A DNA stretch of 64,000 nucleotides from Planctomycetota bacterium (GTDB lineage Bacteria; Planctomycetota; B15-G4; SIAN01), in contig JANNXA010000016.1 in NCBI GenBank assembly GCA_031409275.1, positions 96,001-160,000 on the forward strand, written 5' to 3'. Position 1 is the first letter of the stretch, and every line of letters starts with the position of its first letter. The notes beneath the pieces are model-generated. The model was not told the DNA's origin, searched no databases, and was given only the letters and a program-made list of their open reading frames with translations. A program made the position numbers and the translations under genes. Positions 46,329 to 56,212 of this stretch are shown here, in pieces.

Positions 46329-46357
46329 CATCCTGAGGGTGTGAAACCAGGATGAAA
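46329..46357. promoter_or_regulatory. Candidate OmpR-type binding site with an overlapping inverted repeat
   Basis: TGAAA at 46342 and 46353 (11-bp period); CATCCTG/CAGGATG inverted repeat at 46329-46354. Confidence 0.4.
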
Positions 46358-46522
46358 TCTAGTCGCGCGAAAACGCTGAAGATGACGCCAACGTGATCTG
46401 CGCCATCGCGGCGCGAGGCCGGCCAACAGCGCGAATCAGCGGCGAGTTTCAGTGAGGAGGCGCGACGATGCAGAGGCGGAGTGCCGCCGATACGGCGACC
46501 ACGCAACCACCGGGATCGGCTC

Positions 46523-46783
46523 TCAGTGCGAGTCGCGCCCGACCTTCGCCCTTGGCAGCGCCAGTGCGTTCGCGCGCGGGCGACGCTTCCAATCGCCGAC
46601 GGAGCCGGGGCTGCTCTTCGCGAGCTTGCCATCGCTCGGCGCTGCGTCGACCGGCTGCTGTGCCGCAGCCGCCGTCGCGGCGGCGAGTTCCGCCGTTCGC
46701 CGGGCGTCGTCGGCGGCAGCGCAGCAGCGCTTGTGCTTCTTGCCCGACCCGCAGGGGCAATCGTCGTTGCGTCCGACCTTCAT
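46523..46783 (-). CDS. SEC-C motif protein
   Basis: MKVGRNDDCPCGSGKKHKRCC. Confidence 0.85.
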   Translation of the reverse strand: MKVGRNDDCPCGSGKKHKRCCAAADDARRTAELAAATAAAAQQPVDAAPSDGKLAKSSPGSVGDWKRRPRANALALPRAKVGRDSH

Positions 46784-46949
46784 GGCGCCGTTCCCTTCGC
46801 CGAGGGAGCTCGCGGCGGACGAGTCGTTGGCAGCAGGTGCCAGCAGGCGCCTCCGCGAAGCGGTGACGATCGTCGCGTCCCGCGAGCGGAGTTGCCATCG
46901 CGATCTTGCGCGCGCCGGCGATTCGCGAAAAACAGGGCGCCGGCGCGCC

Positions 46950-48473
<1,524 letters not shown>

Positions 48474-48647
48474 TGGCGGCTCCCTCAAGCGGCGGACGAT
48501 GCCGGCGCTCGATCCCTCTCTCACGGCATTGAAGCGCTCCGGGGGCGACTCTCGCTAGCTTGCCGCCGCTCCGGGGCGGGGAATCACCTTGCAACCCGCC
48601 GCCGCGGGGCGCGCTCCTTTGCGCCGATGCAGGCCATCGAGGACACG

Positions 48648-49196
48648 ATGACGGGGTCGCCGGAGAGCGAGCTGGCCGAAGGGCTGCGCCGTGGAGACGA
48701 GCGCGCCTTCGAGGAGCTCTATCGCCTCTACGCGGACGGGCTCCACCACCTGGCCGAGCGGATGCTCGGCAGCACGGCCGACGCGGCCGACGTCCTCCAG
48801 GAGACCTTCGTCGCCGTCTTCCGGCGCATCGAGACGTGGCGCGGCGAAGGCTCGCTGAAGAGCTGGCTCTACCAGATCGCGGTGCGCTTCGCCCTGCGCG
48901 CGAAACGGCGCCGCCCGATCACCGTCGACTTCGACGACGAGGAGCAGATCCCGCCGCCCGCCGTGAATGACCCGCCGCCCTCCGAAATGGACTTCCGCTC
49001 GGCCGTCGATCAGGAGATCGCGCGACTGCCGACGCGCGCGCGCATGGTCTTCGTGATGCACACGGTCGATGGGATGACCCATCCCGAGATCGCCAAGGTG
49101 CTCGAGGTCGACGAGGGCACGTCGAAATCGCAGCTCCACTACGCACGCTCGCTGCTCAAGCGCCGACTCGCGAGGTTCGAACGTGAACTCGCCTGA
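48648..49196 (+). CDS. ECF-type RNA polymerase sigma factor
   Basis: GDERAFEELYR, AADVLQETF, SLKSWLYQIA, HPEIAKVL, GTSKSQLHYAR; alternative start 48627. Confidence 0.93.
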   Translation: MTGSPESELAEGLRRGDERAFEELYRLYADGLHHLAERMLGSTADAADVLQETFVAVFRRIETWRGEGSLKSWLYQIAVRFALRAKRRRPITVDFDDEEQIPPPAVNDPPPSEMDFRSAVDQEIARLPTRARMVFVMHTVDGMTHPEIAKVLEVDEGTSKSQLHYARSLLKRRLARFERELA

Positions 49197-49971
49197 CCTC
49201 GGCGCCACGGGCCTGCCGCCGCCCGAACCGGAGTTCACCGCCTTCGACGCGCGCATCGCCGACGCGGCGAAGTCGCTGCGCCGCCCGCTGCACCCCTCGC
49301 TGGCGCCCGCGCGCTTCGCTGCGATCCGTGCCGCCGCGCGCGATCCCGACGTGGCCCACGCGACGGCCGCCCGCACGCTGGTCGAGCCGGCGCCGCTCTC
49401 CTTCGCCGATGTGCGGGCACGCGCGCAGGACGAGACGCCCGACCGCTTCGATCGCGCGATCGCCGACGCCGCACGCACGCTGGTGCGGCCCGCACCGGCC
49501 GGGTTGCTGGAGCAGGTGCGCGCTTCGGCGCGGCCGCGCTGGACGCGCCGCGCGTTGCGGGTCGTCGCGCTGCGCCGCTTCGCGCTGGCGGCGGCGGCCA
49601 CGCTGCTGGCCGGCCTCGCGCTCTTCTTCGCGGCACAGAACCAGGCGAGCGCGGCGCCCCACCCCGCGCTCCTCTCCGCCAGCGCGCTCGAGCGCGCCGA
49701 GGCCGCGGAGTCGGCGCTCGCGACGCGCGCCGATTCGCTGGCCGCGCAGGTCGCCGCCGATCCGGCGCTCGCCGACGACGAGGCGCTGGCGCCGCTGCTC
49801 GAAGAGGCCGCCTTCCTCGATGGCGCCATCACGGAATGCCGCGCCGCGCTCGAGCTCTCGCAGGCGCACAGCCATTTGCGCGAGCAGCTGCGCGTGCTCG
49901 GCGAACGGCGGGTCGAGCTGCTGGCGCTGCTGGCGGCCGCGCGCGGGAACGACGGCGGAGCGGGCCGATGA
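49183..49971 (+). CDS. Putative anti-sigma factor (single TM)
   Basis: Overlaps the ECF stop; central TM FALAAAATLLAGLALFF; helical periplasmic part. Confidence 0.7.
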   Translation: MNSPDLGATGLPPPEPEFTAFDARIADAAKSLRRPLHPSLAPARFAAIRAAARDPDVAHATAARTLVEPAPLSFADVRARAQDETPDRFDRAIADAARTLVRPAPAGLLEQVRASARPRWTRRALRVVALRRFALAAAATLLAGLALFFAAQNQASAAPHPALLSASALERAEAAESALATRADSLAAQVAADPALADDEALAPLLEEAAFLDGAITECRAALELSQAHSHLREQLRVLGERRVELLALLAAARGNDGGAGR

Positions 49972-51275
49972 GCGCGCTCGCGACGCTCTTCCTCGCCCTC
50001 GCCACGCATGCGCCACGGCAGAGCGAACGCGTCATCGAGCTGCCCCTGCCGCTGGCGACGACCTATCGCATCCACCACTCCTTCGGACCGTGCAGCGTGC
50101 AGGTCAGCGCGCCGGGAACGGCGCCGAGCGCGCGCCTCGAACTGGTGGCCAGCGGCGGCACCGGCACGCGCGAACGCAGCTACCTCGATCTCTGCGGACT
50201 CGGCACCGAGTCGATCGACAGCGCCACGTGTGGCGTGAAGTCGGCCTTCCCGCCGCCCGAGCAGAAGGCGCAGGAACTCTCGTTCGCGGCGACGCTGCTG
50301 CTGCGCCTTCCCGCGGGCAGCGCCATCGAACTCGAGCAGCGTTTCGGCGCGGCGACCGTGACCGGCGCCTTCGGTCCCACCCGCGTGAAGTGCACGCTCG
50401 GATCGGTGCTGGTGGCGGACGTGCGCGGCGACGTGGAAGTGACCGGCGAGTACGGCGCCATCGCCGTGCGCGATCTCGGGGCGGCCGCCAAGCTCTCCAA
50501 CAAGAGCGCGGCCATCACCGCCGAGCGCGTCGCCGGCCACGTCGAAGCGCGCACCAGCGGCGACCGGATCTTGATCGACGGCGCCGGTTCGGCCCACGCC
50601 GAGAACCGCATCAAGCCGATCGAGATCCACCGCGTGCGCGGCGACGCGCGCGTGATCGCGCCGTTCTCGGAGGTCACCGCGCGCGACATCGGCGGCGACC
50701 TCACGATCGACGGCCAGAACCAGCCGATCCACGTCGAGCAGGTCGGCGGCCATCTGATCGTCCGCAACAAGAGCGGCGCCATCGATGCGCGCCGGATCGG
50801 CGGCAACGCGACGCTGCAGGGCAGCCTCTCGGCGATCACGCTCTCCGACGTCGTCGGCGACGTCGAAGCGCGCAGCCCCAACGCGCCGCTCAAGCTCTCG
50901 CGCATCGGCGGCCGGCTGGTGGCCGAGAACTCGGCGTTCGCGCTCGACCTCATCGACGTGAACGGCGATGTCGACGCCCACGCCAGCGGCGGCCTGTTGC
51001 GTGCGCGCTTCGCCACGCTCCCCGAGGGTGCGACGCCGCGCACCGTCGTCCTTGAGGCGATCGGCGGCGCGATCGAGCTCGAGTTGCCGGCCAACGGCTC
51101 GGCCGAACTCGAGCTCCTCAGCACCAGCGGGCAGCTCGACGCCGAACTGCCCGGAATCTCCATCACGCAGAACGGCGGCACCCGCATGGGAACGCTGAAG
51201 CTCGGCACCGGCCATGTGAAGCTGCGCGCCACCGCGGTCGGTGGCACGCTCCGCGCCCGTCTTGGCGGCTCCTGA
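49968..51275 (+). CDS. DUF4097-family beta-strand repeat protein
   Basis: Repeated GxIxxxxVxGxVxxxxxxG pattern; typical position after ECF/anti-sigma; ATGA overlap. Confidence 0.85.
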   Translation: MSALATLFLALATHAPRQSERVIELPLPLATTYRIHHSFGPCSVQVSAPGTAPSARLELVASGGTGTRERSYLDLCGLGTESIDSATCGVKSAFPPPEQKAQELSFAATLLLRLPAGSAIELEQRFGAATVTGAFGPTRVKCTLGSVLVADVRGDVEVTGEYGAIAVRDLGAAAKLSNKSAAITAERVAGHVEARTSGDRILIDGAGSAHAENRIKPIEIHRVRGDARVIAPFSEVTARDIGGDLTIDGQNQPIHVEQVGGHLIVRNKSGAIDARRIGGNATLQGSLSAITLSDVVGDVEARSPNAPLKLSRIGGRLVAENSAFALDLIDVNGDVDAHASGGLLRARFATLPEGATPRTVVLEAIGGAIELELPANGSAELELLSTSGQLDAELPGISITQNGGTRMGTLKLGTGHVKLRATAVGGTLRARLGGS

Positions 51276-51293
51276 CGCCGCTAGGACGAACGC

Positions 51294-52655
51294 ATGAACG
51301 AACAGGATCGAGGAACCATGAGCACCATCGGCCCCCGGACACGGAACGCGACCCGCTGGATGACCGGCTTGGGGATCGCCTTGCTCGCGCTGCTGCAGGC
51401 GTGCGCCACCGAAAGCCGCGTGCAGATCAGCTCGAATCCCGCCGGCGCACGCATCTTGATCGACGGCGCCGACTCCGGGCGCCAGACGCCGAGCAGCATC
51501 GTCCTGTCGACCAAGCGCGACAGCTACGACATCACGATCGAGAAGGCGGGCTACAACTCCGCCGGGCACGTCGTGCGGCTCGGCACCGACGTCGACGTGA
51601 TCGATGCCGACGAAGCGGTTTGCACGATCTGCGTCTCGCCGTGCTGCTGCTTCCTGCCGCTGCTGCGATTCCTCGATCCGGTCGACGTGCGCACGCGGTT
51701 CCGGCCGAGCGACTTGAACGTCGAGCTCGAAGTCGCCGGACAAGGGGCCCGCCTCGACATCACGCCGCCAAACGCCGAGGTCTACCTCGACGGCAACCTC
51801 GCCGCGCTGCTCGATGGCAACTACCTCGTCACCACGGTGGGCGACCATGCGCTGGAGATCCGCGCCACCGGCTACCGGCCGTGGACGCGCAGCCTGCGCA
51901 TCGACGAGCGCGTCTACCAGCGCCTCACCGTCGAGCTCGAGATCGAAGGACAGGGAGTGCTGGTGCGCGGCACGCCGGGTGGAGCGAGGATCTACCTCGA
52001 CGACCAGTTCCAGGGCGCTCTCGACGACGGAGCGCGGCGCGTACGGACCGAACCGGGCCCCCACCTGCTGCGCGTCGACGCCGAGGGCTTCAAGGGCTGG
52101 CAGGACGTGATCCAGGTCAACAGCGACCGCTACGAGGAAGTGGTGATCGACCTCGCGCTCGACGGCCAGGGCGTGCGCGTGCGCAAGCCTGAAGGGTTGC
52201 CGGCGCGCAATCCGGAGCTGCAGATCTTCCTCGACGGCCAGCTGCAAGGCAGCTCGTTCGACTTGCCGATCCGCACCAGCGCGGGCGAGCATGACGTCGA
52301 GATCCGAGTCGGCGGTCGCGAGACGCGGCGGCTGCGCATCAACCTCGCGCCCGGCCAGTTCCTCGACCTGCAGCCCGGGCCCAAGAGCGACCCCAAGGCG
52401 GCGCGCGCGCAGGCGCAGCTGTCCGGCGTCTGCATCTACGGCTCGCCCGAGATCGGCAGCGTCGCGCCGCAAGAGGTGCAGGTGCGCGTCGCGGGCGTGC
52501 TGGTCGGCCAGCGCCTTGGCGAGTTGATCGAGATGGCGCCGAGCCAGGAGGTCGAGATCGAGGTGGTGGTGCGCGGCTTCAAGCCATGGAAAGATCGCAT
52601 CGTCGTCGCCAAGGGTGGCGTGACCGAGATCTACCCGCGCTTCGAGAAGGAGTGA
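51294..52655 (+). CDS. PEGA-domain lipoprotein
   Basis: Lipobox LQAC; ISSNPAGARILIDG, ITPPNAEVYLDG, GTPGGARIYLDD repeats; alternative start 51318. Confidence 0.85.
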   Translation: MNEQDRGTMSTIGPRTRNATRWMTGLGIALLALLQACATESRVQISSNPAGARILIDGADSGRQTPSSIVLSTKRDSYDITIEKAGYNSAGHVVRLGTDVDVIDADEAVCTICVSPCCCFLPLLRFLDPVDVRTRFRPSDLNVELEVAGQGARLDITPPNAEVYLDGNLAALLDGNYLVTTVGDHALEIRATGYRPWTRSLRIDERVYQRLTVELEIEGQGVLVRGTPGGARIYLDDQFQGALDDGARRVRTEPGPHLLRVDAEGFKGWQDVIQVNSDRYEEVVIDLALDGQGVRVRKPEGLPARNPELQIFLDGQLQGSSFDLPIRTSAGEHDVEIRVGGRETRRLRINLAPGQFLDLQPGPKSDPKAARAQAQLSGVCIYGSPEIGSVAPQEVQVRVAGVLVGQRLGELIEMAPSQEVEIEVVVRGFKPWKDRIVVAKGGVTEIYPRFEKE

Positions 52656-52674
52656 GCCGATCGCGACGACACGC

Positions 52675-53883
52675 TTGCTGAACACGGCGTTCGAGCGCGG
52701 CCGCGCGCGATCGCGACGGGCGCCCTTCGGCGCGCTCGCCGCAGCAGTCGCGCTGGCCGGCTGCACCAGCACCGGCGAGGCCGGAACCGACGGCGCGATC
52801 GGCTTCTACCAGCGCTTCCTGGGCGACCAGTGGGCGTGGCACTGCGACTTCCAGCCGAGCTGCAGCAGCTTCGGCCGCCAGGCGATCGCCGAGCAGGGCG
52901 CGCTCGCGGGGCTGGTGATGACGGCGGACCGCCTGCAGCGCGACCATCAGTTCGACCGCGCCGAATATCCGCACGACGAATGGGGCCATCCGCTCGACCC
53001 GCCGGCGGCGCACGCGCTGTTCGGGCCGCGCGTCGAAGACGAGCCGTCCGCGCAGGATCCGCAGCTCGAGGCGGAACTCGCCGCCGCGCCGCCGCTCGCG
53101 CAGGACGACGCCGCGCAGGCCGCCTTCGCCGATCGGCTGTGGGACGCGCACGAATGGGCGCGCGCGCGCATCGAGTACGAGCGGCTCCTCTTCGCCCGAC
53201 CGACCACTCGCTTCGCGACGCACTGCCATCAGCGAGCCGCGCTCTGCCTCGCCAGGGTGCGTCGGCGCGGCGATGCGCTGGCGCACGTCGACAAGATCGC
53301 CGATGCGAGCGAGCGCGCGGCGACGCGCGCCCTCGTCGAGCGCGAGGTCGAGCGACCCGAGGCGGCGTTGCGAGCGGCCGACGTCGCCGGCGCGCCGCTG
53401 CTCGCCGGATTCCTCGCGCTCGAAGCCGAGCAATGCGCCGGCGCGCGCGAACGCTTCACGCCGTTGCCGGAGACGGTGCGCAGCGAGCTGCTCGCGACCG
53501 TCGATGCCATCGAGCAGCGGCCGCGCAAGTCACGGCTGCTGGCGGGCTCTCTGTCGGCGCTGCTGCCCGGCTCGGGACAGCTCTACATCGGCCGGCCGGG
53601 CGACGCGCTCGCCGCCTTCACCACCAACGCGATCCTGATCGGCGGCACGGTCGTCGCCGCGCGGCGCGATCAGGACGTGGCGGCGATCGCGCTCGGCTTC
53701 GTCGCCTTCGGCTTCTGGAACGGGAACATCTACGGCGCCGCCAACGGCGCGACGCTGCACGACCGTCGGCGCCGTGACGCGCTGCTCGACGAAGCGCGCG
53801 GTCGGCTGCGCCAGTCGGGCTTCTTCGGCGGCCTCGCCCCCGACGGCGACGGCGGCGCGCTCGGCATCTACTTCGGGTTCTGA
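52675..53883 (+). CDS. Lipoprotein fusing a YidD-like domain, TPR-like helices and a C-terminal membrane domain
   Basis: Lipobox LAGC; IGFYQRFL...CDFQPSCSSFGRQAI...G...GLVMTADRLQRDH; ARIEYERLLF; KSRLLAGSLSALLPGSGQLYIG. Confidence 0.8.
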   Translation: MLNTAFERGRARSRRAPFGALAAAVALAGCTSTGEAGTDGAIGFYQRFLGDQWAWHCDFQPSCSSFGRQAIAEQGALAGLVMTADRLQRDHQFDRAEYPHDEWGHPLDPPAAHALFGPRVEDEPSAQDPQLEAELAAAPPLAQDDAAQAAFADRLWDAHEWARARIEYERLLFARPTTRFATHCHQRAALCLARVRRRGDALAHVDKIADASERAATRALVEREVERPEAALRAADVAGAPLLAGFLALEAEQCAGARERFTPLPETVRSELLATVDAIEQRPRKSRLLAGSLSALLPGSGQLYIGRPGDALAAFTTNAILIGGTVVAARRDQDVAAIALGFVAFGFWNGNIYGAANGATLHDRRRRDALLDEARGRLRQSGFFGGLAPDGDGGALGIYFGF

Positions 53884-53920
53884 GAGGACGGCGGCGGATC
53901 GAGCGCCGCGCCGCGAAGCC

Positions 53921-54979
53921 TCACGTCCAGCGGAAGATCTTGAGCGCGATGGCGAACCCGAGCCCGCCCCACGCGCCAAGGACGGCGAGCTGAGGAGCGG
54001 TGGCGGCGAGCGTGGCGCCATCGAGGATGACGGCGCGCAAGGCGTCGTTCAGCGCGGTGAGCGGCAGCGCCTTCACCAGCGGCTGCATCCAATCGGGAAA
54101 GTTGCCCGCCGGAAAGAAGACGCCCGAGAGCAGGAACATCGGCAGCGTCACCAGGTTCATCAAGCCGGCGGCCGACTGCGAGTTCTGCGCGCGCGACGCC
54201 ACGAGCAGGCCGACGCCTGAGAACGCGAGCGCCGACACCGACACCAGGACGGCCAGCGTGAGGTAGCTGCCGCGCGGCCAGAGCTTGAACGCGAGGATCC
54301 CGAAGAGGATCAGGAACAGCGCCTCGATCAGCGCGATCACGACTCGGAACAGCATGAACGAGAGCAGCAGGTCGCTGCGCCGCATCGGCGTGGCGGCGAA
54401 GCGCTTCAGCAGCTTGCGCGTGCGCATCAGCACCAGCGCCCAACCGACGCCCCAGACGCCGCCGCTCATCAAGTTCATCCCGAGCAGTCCCGGCAGCAGG
54501 AAGTCGATGTAACGCTGGCCGGGCGCCGTGACGACGTTCTCCTGCGTCGCCATGCGAGCTTTGGGGTCGTGCGCGAACTCGAGCGCGTCGCGCACGGCGA
54601 TCTCGGCGAGTCGGCTGCCGGCGCGGGTCGGATCGAAGGTGAAGCGCGGCGGGTCGCCGGGCTCGACGACCAGCAGCGCGCGACCAGAACGCAACAGCTC
54701 GGCGGCGGTGGCGGCGTCGACGCGGCGCGCCTTGAAGCCGTCGACCGCATCGATCGCGGCGGCGACGTCCGTGGCCGGCGCGTTCGTCGTCGAAAGCGCA
54801 GGTGCGTCGACGACCGCGATCGTGGCGACCTCGGGCGGACGATTGCGAAACGCCAGCCCGAGCGCGATCGCGAGCAGGATCGGGAAGCCGAACACCCAGA
54901 AGAGCACGCCCGGCTCGCGACGGAGCTCGCGCCAACGCGCGAGGAAGAGCTGCGCGAGCGGTCCTTGCGAGAAGGTCAC
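53921..54979 (-). CDS. ABC-2 type transporter permease
   Basis: REPGVLFWVFGFP, RYIDFLLPG, LKRFAATP, FLLSGVFFP, ALPLTALNDALR. Confidence 0.93.
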   Translation of the reverse strand: MTFSQGPLAQLFLARWRELRREPGVLFWVFGFPILLAIALGLAFRNRPPEVATIAVVDAPALSTTNAPATDVAAAIDAVDGFKARRVDAATAAELLRSGRALLVVEPGDPPRFTFDPTRAGSRLAEIAVRDALEFAHDPKARMATQENVVTAPGQRYIDFLLPGLLGMNLMSGGVWGVGWALVLMRTRKLLKRFAATPMRRSDLLLSFMLFRVVIALIEALFLILFGILAFKLWPRGSYLTLAVLVSVSALAFSGVGLLVASRAQNSQSAAGLMNLVTLPMFLLSGVFFPAGNFPDWMQPLVKALPLTALNDALRAVILDGATLAATAPQLAVLGAWGGLGFAIALKIFRWT

Positions 54980-56010
54980 GACGCGACCTCCGGCTTGCGC
55001 CGGCGCGACTTCGCGTCGTGGACGCCCGCGACGCTCGCGGCCTGCGCCTCGTCGGCTCCGAGGCTCGTGCCGGTCAGCTCGACGAAGACGTCATCGAGCG
55101 TCGCGGTGCGAGTCGAGAGGCGGCTCGGCCGCGCGCCGCGCTTGCGCAGCTCGTCGATGACGAGCGGCAGCGTGGCGTGGATCTCATGCACCGTGAGTCG
55201 GAAGCCGCCGGGGTCGGGCAGGCAGGCGACGACGCCGGGAATCGCGGCGAAGAGCTCGGCGGGGAGCGGCGGCTCGCTGCCGACCTCGATGATCTGCTCG
55301 CCTCCCAGTCGCGCGATGAGCTCCGAGGGCGTGCCGAGCGCGATGATCTTGCCTTTGCGCATGATCGCGATGCGGTCGCAGAGCTTCTCGGCCTCCTCCA
55401 TGTAGTGCGTCGTGAGGAGCAGCGTGCGACCGCCCGCGCGCAGTCGACGCAGGATCTCCCATAGCGCACGGCGCGCGGCCGGATCGAGGCCGGTCGTCGG
55501 CTCGTCGAGGAAACAGAGTTCCGGGTCGGAGACGAGCGCGCATGCGATGGCGAGCCGCTGCTTCTGGCCGCCGGAGAGCTTCTCGACCCAAGCGTCCTGC
55601 TTGTCGATCAAGTCCACCTGCTCGAGGACGTCGGCGACCTCGAGCGGGTGGGGATAGAAGCTGCGAAACAGGCGCACGGTCTCGACCACCGAGAGCTTGT
55701 CGTAGAGCTCCGTTTCCTGCAGCTGGATGCCGATGCGCGCGCGCAGCTCGGTTGCGTGGCCGTCCCACGGCAGGCCGAGCAGCTCGACCTCGCCCGACGT
55801 CGCGCGCTGCAGTCCTTCGAGGATCTCGATCGTCGTGGTCTTGCCGGCACCGTTGGGGCCGAGCAGGCCGAAGCACTCGCCGGCTCGGACTTCGAGGTCG
55901 ACTCCATCCACCGCAGTGACCGCGTCGAAGCGCTTCACGAGGCCGCGGGTGCGGATCGCCGGGCGACTTGCCACCGGCGCGGCGATCGTCGGAGCATCGG
56001 GCGAGTCCAT
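54976..56010 (-). CDS. ABC transporter ATP-binding protein
   Basis: Walker A GPNGAGKTT, LSGGQ, FLDEPTTGLD, TTHYMEEAE; start approximate. Confidence 0.95.
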   Translation of the reverse strand: MDSPDAPTIAAPVASRPAIRTRGLVKRFDAVTAVDGVDLEVRAGECFGLLGPNGAGKTTTIEILEGLQRATSGEVELLGLPWDGHATELRARIGIQLQETELYDKLSVVETVRLFRSFYPHPLEVADVLEQVDLIDKQDAWVEKLSGGQKQRLAIACALVSDPELCFLDEPTTGLDPAARRALWEILRRLRAGGRTLLLTTHYMEEAEKLCDRIAIMRKGKIIALGTPSELIARLGGEQIIEVGSEPPLPAELFAAIPGVVACLPDPGGFRLTVHEIHATLPLVIDELRKRGARPSRLSTRTATLDDVFVELTGTSLGADEAQAASVAGVHDAKSRRRKPEVAS

Positions 56011-56212
56011 CGCGGGGTCCCTCGAGCAGTCCATTCGCACGCGCCGCTCCGCGGCGTCGATGCGGTACAGCATGCCCCCGGCACGAGCCGCTCGAACCGC
56101 CTCTTTTTCTCGCACCCGCATCGGAGCGTCGTGGCGGCGAACGACGCGACGGCCGGGCCGCGATCCACGGGCTATCTTCGGCGCCGACATCGTCCCGCGG
56201 AGCCGCCGGTTC

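Noticed and set aside
46454..46866. Strong SD (GAGGAGG) with ATG 46468 and a 132-aa ORF
   Set aside because: Low-complexity product antisense to the clear SEC-C gene; not supportable without expression data.
48555..52772. 1405-aa minus-strand ORF and similar long antisense ORFs (e.g. 12785-15574, 795-2714)
   Set aside because: They mirror well-supported genes on the opposite strand; a codon-bias artefact.
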